Positions 8,642 to 18,883 of a DNA stretch of 64,000 nt are shown piece by piece. The notes below the pieces were generated by a model. It saw nothing but the letters and a program-made list of their open reading frames with translations, was not told the DNA's origin and did no database searches. The position numbers and the translations under genes were made by a program. Every line of letters begins with the position of its first letter. Position 1 is the first letter of the stretch. Location: contig JBEKYF010000005.1 in the NCBI GenBank assembly GCA_049511255.1, forward strand, positions 32,836 to 96,835, given 5' to 3'. The DNA is from Terriglobales bacterium (GTDB lineage: Bacteria; Acidobacteriota; Terriglobia; Terriglobales; Acidobacteriaceae).

Positions 8642-11600
8642 CTACTGCACGATCAGCGTCGCCACATCCCCGTGCGCCGCGCCACCCACAGCCGTAGCCG
8701 TCACCGTAATCTGCGACGTCCCTACTGCCGTTGGCGCTGCCACAGTCACAAAAGTCGATCCCGGAGCCGTCGCTGCCGCCGATGTGGCCGTCACTGTCAC
8801 CGTCGCCGGGTTCGGCACCACCGCCGGAGCCGTATACAGCCCCGTTCCGTCCACCGTGCCATTCGCATTCCCGCCCGTGACTGCCCAGGTTACGCTCTGG
8901 TTAGTCGAGGCATTAACTGTCGCCGTGAATTGTTGTTGAGTAACTCGCGTCGGCCACGAGTTACCCGCCTCATCCGCAAACAAAGTCGCCAATCCCGGAT
9001 TCACCGTGACCGTCACGGGTGGCGGCGTCGTACTACTGCTGCCCGCGACCCCGCCGCAAGAAATCAGCGCCATCAATCCCAGCCCCAAACCAATAGCAGC
9101 GATCCCTCCATAGAGACGCGGCTTGCCGCATCTTGTTCGCCCGAGCCCCACTATCCCAGCCACCACCAACCAAGCAAGTGTGAAGAATGGCAAAGTGTGT
9201 GGACGGGCGCCCGCATAGGGACGGCCGGCCCCGGCCGTTCGAGTGGTGCCCGTGGAGGGACGGGCGTCCCCGCCCGTTCCAGATGGGCACAGTGTCGGCA
9301 GGTTCGGCCCACAGGTCCAAATTGTCAGAGTAACCGCAGTCGTCCTCGCGCCCGCCGCAATCGACGCCGGACTGAACGACCCGCAGTAGGTCAACGCCGG
9401 CAGATTCGAACATGCAAAACTCACCGCCGAGCTAAATGACCCACCCGCTGGAACCGCCGAGAACGTGTACTTGGCGCTCTGTCCCGCCAGCACCGTCACC
9501 GTAGCGCTGCCCGTGTCCGTCCACGTAAAGCCCGCAGCCGCTCCCGTCACCACCAGCGTCACCGTCGCCGTCGCCGTGTTGTAGTCGGTCGTGTCGGTCG
9601 GAGTGAACGTCACGCTCAGCGTTTGCGATCCCGCTCCGAGCACCGTCCCCGATACTGGCGAGTACACAAACGTCCCCGGCACGCTCGCCGTCGCATTCAA
9701 CTGCGTAGGCGACAGCGCCGTCCCGTAGGTGATCGCTGACGGCGTCGCCCACGTGATCGTCGGCGTCGCTTTGTCCACCGGCGGCGCCACCAGCGCGTAG
9801 TTCCAAATGCCCCGCCCGTACGTCGACGCCACCAGCGTTTTCGTGCCCGCGTAATTAAAAAGTTGCAGCGCTGTGACCGGAGCGTCCGGCAGAAATCCCG
9901 ACACACCCGGCCCCGGCGCTGGACCAACCTCCATCCAACTCGCAGTCGTCGTAGAACTGACAAAAACGCCGACGTCGGTTCCCGCATAAATCTGCCCCGC
10001 TTGTGAATCCACCAGCAACGCATTCACCGGAGCATCCGGCAGCTCCGTCGCTCCCGTCCCGGTCCAGTCCACCCAACTCGCGCCCGCATTCGCAGTCTTC
10101 CACACATGCGACGTTGGGAACGATGGCGTGCTGAATCCCATGATCCCGACATACGCCGTGTTGCCCGTCGCATCGGACTGATCGATCGCGACCGTCGAAA
10201 TCGCATACCCGTTCGGATTCACATTCTGGGTTGCGTTCTGTGTAACATTCGTCATCAACGTGACGCCGGCGTTGGTCGTAACCCACACTTCGCCGCCCTG
10301 GGGCCCGCTCAAAGCCCCGCTCAGCGGCCCGTATCCGTCGGTCACCGCATATACCACCTTCGAATTGTTGTTCGTGTCCTTGGGACCGCCCGCAGCCAGC
10401 CCATTTACCAGGTTGATCTCATCGCCCGTACACACGCCCGTCCCTAGCGTGTCGAAGTCATTACTAAGCTGCAACGGAGCGGTTCCGCTGGTGCTGATTC
10501 GCCACACCCGGCACGTCCCCACCAGCATTTCACTGGTGTTCTGCGGGTCCAGAATGTAGGGAGTATAGAAAGCCCCCTCGTCTCCGCCCAGACTGGCCGT
10601 GCTGACGATCTGGGAAAATCCAGCCTCGTTACAAGCTGTTCCCAACTCACACTTTAAAATCGTGACGTAGGGGTTCGCCGCAAACCACTCGTTGGGGTTC
10701 CGAGGATTGATGGCATTGAATCCGCCATCTCCGCCCAGCGCATTCTGCCAGGTACTGCTGCTGGTCGCGGTGCTGGTTTTCGGTGAGCCGTTATCCTGTG
10801 TTCCTCCGAGCAGAATGTCCGCGTTGGTGGGATGTACCGAGAACGAAACGAATTCCGTCATCGAGCCCAGACTCTCGCTCAAACTGTCAAACTGATTCGT
10901 CCCCGTGCAACTCCCCGTATTCAGCCCGGCATAGCCATCCAGCGTCCGGCTGATCCCGCCGTCATGCGCGAAGTAGCCGGGCGCTGTGCCACCCACAACC
11001 ATGAAGGCGATTCCGTGCTGGTCCGGATGCACGTGCGCCGGCGCCCCCATTGGGCTGCACCCGTAGACGTGAGTTAAATTGATCCAGTCGCCTTGCGTGC
11101 AAGTCGTGCCCCCAGCGATCGTGCACTTGTAGAGATTGATCGCACCGGCGTAAACGTCCGTTCCCGCTGCATTGGGGATCGCGGCCAACTCCAGGTTGTA
11201 ATAACCCTGCTCCACCCCGCAGCCGCTGTTCGGCCCAAACGCGCTGTCCCCGCAGTTCGTGATGCCGTTGTCCAGAATCTGTGTCCAACTCGTTCCGCCA
11301 TTCGTCGATTGCCAGATGCCCTCATCGGCGGGCACTGGGTTCCCATTAGCGTCTGGTTGTGCGTCAACGACCCACACATACATTTCGTTGCGCCCCGGTA
11401 CCACTGCAAACTCACCGCGATAGATCAGGCAACTGCTCGCGTTCGAACCAGCCGGACACAACCCGGACGCAAGACCCGCAGTTGGCTGCGTAGTCAGCCG
11501 CGTGAAATGCTGGCCATCGGTCGAGGAGTACAAACCATGACGCCGGATAAAGGCATAGAAAGTCCCGCTTGCTCCCTGGCTCGCGTTGTAAACCACCGCC

Positions 11601-12616
11601 GTAGCCGAGGCAGGAACCGCACCGTCCGAGAGGATGACGCGGTTCCACGTCATACCTCCGTCCTGCGAGTAGTAAAGTCCCCGCGCAGTCGAATTCCCGT
11701 CCTCTTCCCGGCCAACGTACAACCCGTTGTCTCCAGCCGTCGCCGCTACCACCAAGCTGGGATTCGCCTTGCTGAAGGCGATCTTGCTGAATCCAATTCC
11801 CAGAAACGATTGATCCGTTCCCGTTCCCGTGCCCTTGATCTGCGTCCACGCGGAACCTCCATCCGTCGAACGCAGAATTCCCAGCCCGTAATAAGAATCG
11901 CCCGAACTGTTCGTCTCCCCGGTCCCGACCAGAATGACGTTGCTGTTTCCCGGCTGCAAAGCAATCGCGCCCACCGCAAGAGTAGGCTGATCGTCAATCA
12001 AAGCCTGCCAGGTGACCAAAGCAGGATTGGAATTCTGACTTCCCGCGTTCGTCGATTTCCAAAGACCGCCATATGCGCCGCCGAGCAGCACCGTGTTTCC
12101 AGTGCTGTCCGCAGGATCGATCAGTACCGAAGTAGCCCGCCCCGAGACCCAGTTGTAATCCTGCCCTCCATCTCCAGTAGCATCGGAAGCAAGCGGAGCC
12201 GGTCCAAGCGGCGCCCACGCCGTGGAGCCTGAATTGGAGGACGAAAATGCCGCTCCAGATATTGATGTCGATGCCGATCCGGTCAACGTCCTCGCCGCTC
12301 GCATCGTCGCAGCCGCGCGCTGGGCCCGCATTGCCATCTTCTGCCGGTAAGCCCGGAACCGCAGTCCCGCCGCCGATTCTCCCCCAGGCACAGTCCGCCC
12401 CCGCTGGTTCCAGTTCCACTCCAATTGATCGCGCAGATAAGGACGATCCCCGTCGCGTTCTTCAGCAGAGGTGGAATTTGTTTTCCCGCCAGACTCCTGA
12501 CCAAAGGCGCTGCCTAAGAACTCGCCAGCGAAAACTCCGCTGAAAAGAAAAACGAAAGCCACGAAAAAGATAAAAAAGAAAATGAAAGTAGAAGAACGCA
12601 CATCACGGCTGGCCAT
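8642..12616 (-). CDS. BNR/Asp-box beta-propeller exoprotein with Ig-like domains and an internal TM hairpin
   Basis: 1324 aa with an N-terminal signal anchor. It carries repeated SxDxGxxW Asp-boxes ([33 protein letters not shown]). Ig-like segments follow, then two hydrophobic helices around a basic loop, then a final Ig-like domain ([23 protein letters not shown]). Confidence 0.85.
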   Translation of the reverse strand: MASRDVRSSTFIFFFIFFVAFVFLFSGVFAGEFLGSAFGQESGGKTNSTSAEERDGDRPYLRDQLEWNWNQRGRTVPGGESAAGLRFRAYRQKMAMRAQRAAATMRAARTLTGSASTSISGAAFSSSNSGSTAWAPLGPAPLASDATGDGGQDYNWVSGRATSVLIDPADSTGNTVLLGGAYGGLWKSTNAGSQNSNPALVTWQALIDDQPTLAVGAIALQPGNSNVILVGTGETNSSGDSYYGLGILRSTDGGSAWTQIKGTGTGTDQSFLGIGFSKIAFSKANPSLVVAATAGDNGLYVGREEDGNSTARGLYYSQDGGMTWNRVILSDGAVPASATAVVYNASQGASGTFYAFIRRHGLYSSTDGQHFTRLTTQPTAGLASGLCPAGSNASSCLIYRGEFAVVPGRNEMYVWVVDAQPDANGNPVPADEGIWQSTNGGTSWTQILDNGITNCGDSAFGPNSGCGVEQGYYNLELAAIPNAAGTDVYAGAINLYKCTIAGGTTCTQGDWINLTHVYGCSPMGAPAHVHPDQHGIAFMVVGGTAPGYFAHDGGISRTLDGYAGLNTGSCTGTNQFDSLSESLGSMTEFVSFSVHPTNADILLGGTQDNGSPKTSTATSSSTWQNALGGDGGFNAINPRNPNEWFAANPYVTILKCELGTACNEAGFSQIVSTASLGGDEGAFYTPYILDPQNTSEMLVGTCRVWRISTSGTAPLQLSNDFDTLGTGVCTGDEINLVNGLAAGGPKDTNNNSKVVYAVTDGYGPLSGALSGPQGGEVWVTTNAGVTLMTNVTQNATQNVNPNGYAISTVAIDQSDATGNTAYVGIMGFSTPSFPTSHVWKTANAGASWVDWTGTGATELPDAPVNALLVDSQAGQIYAGTDVGVFVSSTTTASWMEVGPAPGPGVSGFLPDAPVTALQLFNYAGTKTLVASTYGRGIWNYALVAPPVDKATPTITWATPSAITYGTALSPTQLNATASVPGTFVYSPVSGTVLGAGSQTLSVTFTPTDTTDYNTATATVTLVVTGAAAGFTWTDTGSATVTVLAGQSAKYTFSAVPAGGSFSSAVSFACSNLPALTYCGSFSPASIAAGARTTAVTLTIWTCGPNLPTLCPSGTGGDARPSTGTTRTAGAGRPYAGARPHTLPFFTLAWLVVAGIVGLGRTRCGKPRLYGGIAAIGLGLGLMALISCGGVAGSSSTTPPPVTVTVNPGLATLFADEAGNSWPTRVTQQQFTATVNASTNQSVTWAVTGGNANGTVDGTGLYTAPAVVPNPATVTVTATSAAATAPGSTFVTVAAPTAVGTSQITVTATAVGGAAHGDVATLIVQ
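9197..9280. repeat. REP family A-like palindromic segment inside the BNR-protein CDS
   Basis: ...GGACGGGCGCCCGCATAGGGACGGCCGGCCCCGGCCGTTCGAGTGGTGCCCGTGGAGGGACGGGCGTCCCCGCCCGTTCC is translated on the minus strand as [27 protein letters not shown]. Confidence 0.55.
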
Positions 12617-12801
12617 ACATTGAAACGCTATCTTGCGCCGGCGCGACGCAGCGCACCTCTAGAGTTTCAACGATTAAGCAAAGATTTCCACGTCCTCGAA
12701 AGTCCCCCCGTCCTTGGTAGACAGTCTTTTGAAAAGCCAAAAGCTGAAAGCCGACAGCTAAAAGCTGCCGTTCCGCGCAACATCCGCTATACTAACGAAG
12801 C

Positions 12802-13317
12802 ATGTCCGTGATCAAAAACATCGGAGCCATCGCCCAGGGAATGACCATCACCCTCAAGGAGATGTTTCAGCCATCCATCGTCGAGAACTATCCCGACGGT
12901 CCTGGCCCCCTGAAAGGCGCAAAGTTTCAGGAACGCTTTCGTGGCATGCACGTGCTCCAGCGCGACGAAAACGGACTGGAGAAATGCGTAGCCTGTTTCC
13001 TCTGCGCCGCCGCCTGTCCCTCGAATTGCATCTACATAGAAGCCGCAGAAAACACCGCCGAAACCAGAGTTTCAGGCGCCGAACGCTATGCCCGTGTTTA
13101 CAACATCGACTATAATCGATGTATATTTTGCGGCTATTGCGTGGAGGCTTGTCCTACCGATGCGATTACGCACGGGCATGGATTCGAGCTGGCAAGTTTC
13201 AATGCGAGCAATCTGATTTACCGGAAAGAACAGATGCTGGCCCCGGCTCCGGCGCACATGGGAGCCAATCAGGTGTTTGCGCAATCGGAAACGGATGCGG
13301 GCGTGACGGGGGATTAG
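12802..13317 (+). CDS. nuoI: NADH-quinone oxidoreductase subunit I (2x[4Fe-4S] ferredoxin-type)
   Basis: 171 aa. Two CxxCxxCxxxCP motifs (CVACFLCAAACP, CIFCGYCVEACP) sit in the NuoI/TYKY arrangement, together with the ERFRG block. Confidence 0.85.
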   Translation: MSVIKNIGAIAQGMTITLKEMFQPSIVENYPDGPGPLKGAKFQERFRGMHVLQRDENGLEKCVACFLCAAACPSNCIYIEAAENTAETRVSGAERYARVYNIDYNRCIFCGYCVEACPTDAITHGHGFELASFNASNLIYRKEQMLAPAPAHMGANQVFAQSETDAGVTGD

Positions 13318-13341
13318 CGAACTTCGAGATGCTTCACCAAG

Positions 13342-13373
13342 CGCCGGTCCCTAAAGGGACCGGCGTTCTTGTA
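13342..13373 (+). terminator. intrinsic terminator candidate after nuoI
   Basis: Perfect 10-bp stem CGCCGGTCCC/GGGACCGGCG with a TAAA loop, followed by TTCTTGTA, 25 nt after the nuoI stop. Confidence 0.55.
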
Positions 13374-13537
13374 TGGAGCAAGTTCTCAGTTCCCGGTTCT
13401 CTCGCGCTTGATTGTGGATTGTTGCACTTTGAGTTTGGGTGGCGCAGTGATGAGTTTGGTGGCGCAGCACTTCAGCGCTGCGGTCCCTGCATTGTTTTGA
13501 TTGCGGCTTTAGCCGCTCAGGTCACGATCGACAACTG

Positions 13538-16500
13538 ATGTCCAACTTTCTCCAAACCGTGAAGGAACGCGTCGTCGTTTATGACGGCGCCATGGGGACG
13601 AACATCCAGAAGCGCAATCCCACCCTGGACGATTTCTGGGGCAAGGAGAACTGTAGCGAAGTTCTAGTGCTGAGCCGTCCCGATATTATTCGCGAGATTC
13701 ATGCCGACTTTTTCCGCGTGGGCTGCGACGTCGTGGAAACAAATACCTTCGGCGGGACGGGCCTGGTTCTCGGCGAGTTCGATCTGCGCGACAAAGTGCG
13801 CGAGATCAACGTTAAGGCAGCGCAACTCGCCAGGGAAGTGGCGCAGCAATTCTCGACCAGGGACAAACCGCGGTTCGTGGCCGGCTCGATGGGTCCGACC
13901 ACAAAATTGCCTTCGCTAGGACACATCGGTTGGGATGCGATGTTGGCATCATACGAAGAGCAGGCGCTGGCGCTGATCGAGGGCGGAGTCGATGTGCTGC
14001 TGATTGAGACGTGCCAGGACCTGTTGCAGGCAAAGATCGCCACGGTCGCAGTGCTGGACGCAATGCGCAAGGCGGGCAAGCGCCTGCCGGTGACGGTGCA
14101 GGTCACGCTGCAGGAATCGGGGACCATGCTGCTCGGGACCGAAATTGGCGCGGCGCTGACGACGCTTGAGCCGTACGATATCGACGTGATTGGTCTGAAC
14201 TGCGCGACCGGACCGGCGGAGATGAATGAGGCGGTCCGCTATCTGGGGCTGAACTCCACCAAATACATTTCGGTTTTGCCCAATGCTGGTCTCCCGCAGA
14301 ACGTGGGCGGCCATGCCGTGTACAAGCTCACGCCGAAGGATCTGGCTGAGTATCACAAACATTTTGTGCAGGATTACGGCGTGCGCATTGTCGGCGGCTG
14401 TTGCGGTACGACTCCCGACCATCTGAAAGCCGTAGTCGATGCGGTGACCGGCGTAGAGCCGGCGAAGCGGGATGTGAAGCCAGTAGGCGCGGCCTCAAGC
14501 GCCTATACATCGGTGCCGCTCGATCTGGAGCCAAAGCCTCTGATCGTAGCGGAGGAGATGAATACAACAACGCGGGTCGATCATTTCCGCAAGCTGGTAC
14601 AGGCAAGAAAGTACGACGACATTCTGACACTGGCGAAAAAGCTGGCGAACGAAGGCTCGCACATGCTCGACCTGTGCTGCGCCATCGTGGGCGAAGACGA
14701 GAAGGGCTACATCTCCGCCATCCTCGAAAAAATCGCAACCCGCGTCCCCGCGCCGATACTAATCGACAGCACCGAAGCCGACGTCGTGGAAGAGGCGCTG
14801 AAGCGCATCCCCGGCAAAGCCATCATCAATTCGATCAACCTGGAAGACGGCGAGAAGCGGACATCGAAAGTGTTGCCGATGGCGAAGCGCTATGGCGCGG
14901 CTGTCATTGCGCTGACCATCGACGAAGAGGGCATGGCGCTGACCGCGGACAAGAAAGTTGCAATCGCGCATCGCATCTTCGATCTGGCGACACAAAAGTA
15001 CGGCATCCGTCCCGTGGACTTGCTCTTCGACGCGCTGACCCTTCCGATCTCGACCGGGCAGGAAGAATACCGGTCGGCCGGCATCGAGACCTTGAAGGCG
15101 GTGAAGCGAATCCACGACGAACTGCCGGAAGTGAAGACAGTGCTTGGCGTGAGCAACATCAGCTTCGGCCTCGATGCCTATCCAAGGCGGGTCCTGAACT
15201 CGGTGTTTCTGCACGAGGCGGTAGAAAATGGACTCGACGTTGCCATCGTCAATTACTCGAAGATTTATCCGCTGTATAAAGTTCCGTCAGAAGAAGTGGA
15301 ACTGGCGCGCAAGCTGATTTACCAGGACCGCTCGAACGGCGATCCGCTGCAGGTGTATATGCAGCATTTCGCGGGCGTGAAAGGCAAGGCGCAGGCGCAG
15401 ACCACGGCGCACGTGGCAACACTTTCGATCGAAGACAAACTGAAGTATGCGATCATCAACGGCGAGAAATCGGTGGGCGAGGGCAAAACCAAGCGCAGCC
15501 TCGATGAGTTGCTGGAAGAAGCGCTCGTCGAGTACAAGCCGCTCGATCTGATCAACACGGTGCTCCTCGATGGGATGAAGACGGTGGGCGACCTGTTCGG
15601 CGCGCGCAAGATGCAGTTGCCGTCGGTGCTTGATTCAGCGGGAGTAATGAAGGCCGCGGTAGCCTATCTTGAGCCGAAAATGGAAAAGAAGACCGGTTCA
15701 CAGCAGAAGGGCACGATTGTGCTGGCCACGGTCAAAGGCGATGTGCACGACATAGGAAAGAATCTGGTCGACATCATCCTATCCAACAATGGATACAAAG
15801 TTGTGAATCTGGGAATCAAGCAGGCCGGCGACACGATCATCCGTTCCGCGCAGGAGCACCGCGCCGATGCGATCGGCCTGAGCGGCTTGCTGGTGAAATC
15901 GACGCTGGAGATGAAGTACGTGATCCAGGAACTGGAACGGCAGAAGCTGTCATATCCGGTGATTTGTGGCGGAGCGGCCCTAACCCGCAAGTACGTAGAG
16001 GATGACCTGCGGCGTGAATATTCGAACGCCGTGTTCTACGGCGAAGATGCGTTCGCGGGGCTGCACGTGATGGAGGACCTGGCATCGGAGGACGGCAAGC
16101 GCGAGGCGCGTCTAAAAGATGGCAGAACCGTAAAAGAATATTCAAAAGCCACGGCAGTAGATGATGAGATCGGCCCGGTGTTTTCCGAGCGCAGCGCAGT
16201 GGTTACCGATGCGCCAAATATTCCCGAGCCCCCTTTCTGGGGCGTGCGGGTGGTGAACGACTACGATCTGCGCGAGATTTTCCATTACATCAACGACACC
16301 GCTCTATTCAAAAACCAATGGCAGCTCAAGACAGCTTCGCAGGAAGATTACGTGCGCCTGGTGGAGGAGAAGTACGGTCCGATCAAGAAGAAGCTGGAAG
16401 AGGATGTAATAGCAGCGGGATGGTTCGAGCCGAAAGTAGTCTACGGCTATTTTCCCGCGCAAGGCGATGGCAATGACGTAGTAGTGTACGACCCAAGCCA

Positions 16501-17047
16501 GTGGAGAGACGGGCGCCCTCGCCCGTCCGCCCCAACGCAGGCAAGGGAACTCCTCCGCTTCACCTTCCCCCGCCAAAAAGAAGGCCGCCGCCTGTGTATC
16601 TCCGACTTCTTCGCCGCCCCGTCATCGGGCAAGATGGACGTCCTCGGCCTGTCGCTAGTGACGATCGGTCCGAAGGCATCGGTCGAAACGCAGCGCCTGT
16701 TTGAAGGCGGAGAATACACGCGCTATCTCTATCTGCACGGCCTAAGCGTGGAGACGGCCGAAGCCCTGGCCGAATTCCACCATAAGAAGATGCGCGAAGA
16801 ATTGGGCATAGCGGCCGAGGACTCGCCCCACATTCGCGATCTCTTCCATCAAAAGTATCGAGGCTCGCGCTATTCGTTTGGCTATCCGGCATGTCCGAAT
16901 CTGGAAGATCAGACGAAGCTGTTCGCACTGCTAAAGCCGGAAGAGAACGTCGGCGTGCGGCTGACTTCAGGGTTCTTGCTGGAGCCCGAGCAGAGTACGT
17001 CGGCGATCGTGGTCCATCATCCGGGGGCTAAGTATTTTGTGGTGTGA
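13538..17047 (+). CDS. metH: cobalamin-dependent methionine synthase
   Basis: 1169 aa. It has the Hcy-binding N-terminus, a pterin-binding domain, a B12-binding DxHxxG motif (GDVHDIGKN) and the C-terminal AdoMet activation domain (GYPACPNLEDQ). Confidence 0.95.
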   Translation: MSNFLQTVKERVVVYDGAMGTNIQKRNPTLDDFWGKENCSEVLVLSRPDIIREIHADFFRVGCDVVETNTFGGTGLVLGEFDLRDKVREINVKAAQLAREVAQQFSTRDKPRFVAGSMGPTTKLPSLGHIGWDAMLASYEEQALALIEGGVDVLLIETCQDLLQAKIATVAVLDAMRKAGKRLPVTVQVTLQESGTMLLGTEIGAALTTLEPYDIDVIGLNCATGPAEMNEAVRYLGLNSTKYISVLPNAGLPQNVGGHAVYKLTPKDLAEYHKHFVQDYGVRIVGGCCGTTPDHLKAVVDAVTGVEPAKRDVKPVGAASSAYTSVPLDLEPKPLIVAEEMNTTTRVDHFRKLVQARKYDDILTLAKKLANEGSHMLDLCCAIVGEDEKGYISAILEKIATRVPAPILIDSTEADVVEEALKRIPGKAIINSINLEDGEKRTSKVLPMAKRYGAAVIALTIDEEGMALTADKKVAIAHRIFDLATQKYGIRPVDLLFDALTLPISTGQEEYRSAGIETLKAVKRIHDELPEVKTVLGVSNISFGLDAYPRRVLNSVFLHEAVENGLDVAIVNYSKIYPLYKVPSEEVELARKLIYQDRSNGDPLQVYMQHFAGVKGKAQAQTTAHVATLSIEDKLKYAIINGEKSVGEGKTKRSLDELLEEALVEYKPLDLINTVLLDGMKTVGDLFGARKMQLPSVLDSAGVMKAAVAYLEPKMEKKTGSQQKGTIVLATVKGDVHDIGKNLVDIILSNNGYKVVNLGIKQAGDTIIRSAQEHRADAIGLSGLLVKSTLEMKYVIQELERQKLSYPVICGGAALTRKYVEDDLRREYSNAVFYGEDAFAGLHVMEDLASEDGKREARLKDGRTVKEYSKATAVDDEIGPVFSERSAVVTDAPNIPEPPFWGVRVVNDYDLREIFHYINDTALFKNQWQLKTASQEDYVRLVEEKYGPIKKKLEEDVIAAGWFEPKVVYGYFPAQGDGNDVVVYDPSQWRDGRPRPSAPTQARELLRFTFPRQKEGRRLCISDFFAAPSSGKMDVLGLSLVTIGPKASVETQRLFEGGEYTRYLYLHGLSVETAEALAEFHHKKMREELGIAAEDSPHIRDLFHQKYRGSRYSFGYPACPNLEDQTKLFALLKPEENVGVRLTSGFLLEPEQSTSAIVVHHPGAKYFVV
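16501..16528. repeat. REP family A core embedded in frame in metH
   Basis: This 28-mer is identical to 8385-8412 and 58270-58297. In the metH frame it is translated as [10 protein letters not shown]. Confidence 0.75.
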
Positions 17048-17164
17048 GGAAGAGCTCTTCACCGCCGTTCCCTTCTTTGCGTCCGATGCGGGATTTGGAA
17101 CCGCCTGGAAAAGGGGAAGCCACTGCATTTTGGCAGTAGCGTTCACAATTGCCAGCTCCGCCGA

Positions 17165-18202
17165 TCAGGCCATCATTTCCGGAATGTCCATTAGGCCCAG
17201 ACGGAAGCAGGTTGAGAAAGCCTCCACCACCCTGGGGTCGAAGTCCGAACCGCCGGCCTTGACAATGGTTTCTTTGGCGTCGAACGGGGACATAGCTTTG
17301 CGGTAGGGCCGGTCGCTGGTCAGGGAGTCGTAAACATCGGCCACGGAGAGAATGCGCGCCTCGATGGGGATCTCTTCGCCGTGGGTTTCGTGGTAACCGG
17401 TGCCATCAAACTTGTCGTGGTGCGCCAGGACGATCGGGATCACGCGCGACAACGGGCCGGCGACTGGCTGCATCATCTGTACTCCCAGGTCCACATGCTT
17501 CTGCATCTCATGATATTCGTCGCCGGTCAGGCGCGCGGCTTTGTGCAGGATTTCCCGGCTCACCTCCAGCTTCCCCAGATCGTGAATCAGGGCCGCGGCG
17601 CGAATGTCCTCAATGTTATCGGCGGGCAACCCCATTTGTGTGGCGATCTTGGCGGCGTACACCGAAACCCGGTAAGAATGGTTCTGCGTGTATTTGTCTT
17701 TCGAAATGAACTGACTGAGGATGATCAGCACGCCATGGTAGGTACTGCGCAACTCGCGGAGGTGCTTCTGTTTGTGCTCGTACAAAGTGCCCATCGCATA
17801 GGCGTTTACCAGCAGAATCCCGCCCCACACGACAATCTCAAACCATTTCTCTGCGATCGGCAACGGAGCCACCTGATGGCCGAACAACACGGGGTTGAAG
17901 TAGGTAACCAGCACCACCAGCAGCACACTGCTCAGGGCAGTCAAGGTGGCGTGGCGCCGCCCATACACGTAAGCCGAAAACAGCGTCGGCAGCGTGTACA
18001 AGCCAAGCAGCATGTGGTGGGAGTCCAGCAAAGAATTCAGCAGACCCGTCAGAACGAAGATCGAGAGCAGAAGCCAGAGCTCGCGGTTCGCTTCGCTGAC
18101 GCGGCGTAGCCCCTCCGACCGCAGGCGCTGCAGCCAGGGCATGGAGCGCGCCACGGTGAGATGGGCAGTTGCCTGCCCGGGTACGACCGAATCGATTTCC
18201 AT
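17165..18202 (-). CDS. membrane-anchored HD-GYP-type phosphohydrolase (GYH variant)
   Basis: 345 aa. The N-terminal ~170 aa carry several TM helices. It then has HDLGK and AHHDKFDGTGYH, the HHExxDGxGYP block with P replaced by H, and ILSVADVYDSLTSDRPYRKA. Confidence 0.8.
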   Translation of the reverse strand: MEIDSVVPGQATAHLTVARSMPWLQRLRSEGLRRVSEANRELWLLLSIFVLTGLLNSLLDSHHMLLGLYTLPTLFSAYVYGRRHATLTALSSVLLVVLVTYFNPVLFGHQVAPLPIAEKWFEIVVWGGILLVNAYAMGTLYEHKQKHLRELRSTYHGVLIILSQFISKDKYTQNHSYRVSVYAAKIATQMGLPADNIEDIRAAALIHDLGKLEVSREILHKAARLTGDEYHEMQKHVDLGVQMMQPVAGPLSRVIPIVLAHHDKFDGTGYHETHGEEIPIEARILSVADVYDSLTSDRPYRKAMSPFDAKETIVKAGGSDFDPRVVEAFSTCFRLGLMDIPEMMA

Positions 18203-18373
18203 GACAACCTACTTCTGACCGGCGCCGGTTACTGCCCAGTACGACAGACTGACTCGCAACCGCGAGAGACAAAGGAGCCCGCAGTTTAGTCATGCTGATG
18301 TTAGGTACCTGCTTGGACGATCGCAAGTTACTGCCGTAACCTGAAAGCATGGCTGCCGGATTGACCAGCGTGC

Positions 18374-18453
18374 CCCACACATTCGCGTTCCTTGCGAATG
18401 TGTGGGTATGTAAAACGCCCGCCACCCACGTCTCGAAAAGCGCGAGATGTGGG
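18374..18453. repeat. two adjacent REP-like hairpins (family B and a relative)
   Basis: 18374-18406 is a perfect 13-bp stem, CCCACACATTCGC/GCGAATGTGTGGG. 18425-18453 is CCCACGTCTCG/CGAGATGTGGG with loop AAAAGCG, the reverse complement of the loop at 8535-8541. It is therefore the same element as 8524-8552 in the opposite orientation. Confidence 0.7.
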
Positions 18454-18883
18454 GCATTAGCGGCGAGCGGCAGCGACTGCACCATCCCGTTCACTTCCAA
18501 GGTTGATGGTTTCAGGCTGGAGTGTGCTTTGGGCGTAACGGTAATCCGCACGTCATCGCCGAGTAAGAGCAGGAAGGCAAGAAGCCGCTCCAGGGAGAAA
18601 TCCAGTGAGACGTTGCCAGTGCCGTGCACGTACCCATACTTTTTCATCCCGATTCATCCCTGTTTAGCTTGATTCTTCCTGTAGCTAACTTTTTCCGCTC
18701 AGCTTTTCCATCTCCACCGCTTGCGCCGGGCCCTGCTTCCCCAGATCGCCATAGAATATATATCGCCTATCTTCATAAGGACCGGGATTCAGATTATGGC
18801 GTAAGCTCTCCCGATTTTCCGGGCTGCATCGCGGGAAGAGTTCGACTATACTTGTCCGATTTAATTCCCAAAGGAGAGAGAAT

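Noticed and set aside
13318-13537. Possible cobalamin, SAM or SAH riboswitch in the 220-nt leader of metH.
   Set aside because: I could not find a B12-box-like core (GCCACTG type) or the conserved SAM/SAH riboswitch junction sequences. The region contains a terminator hairpin and REP-like GGCTTTAGCC hairpins instead. A covariance-model scan would be decisive.
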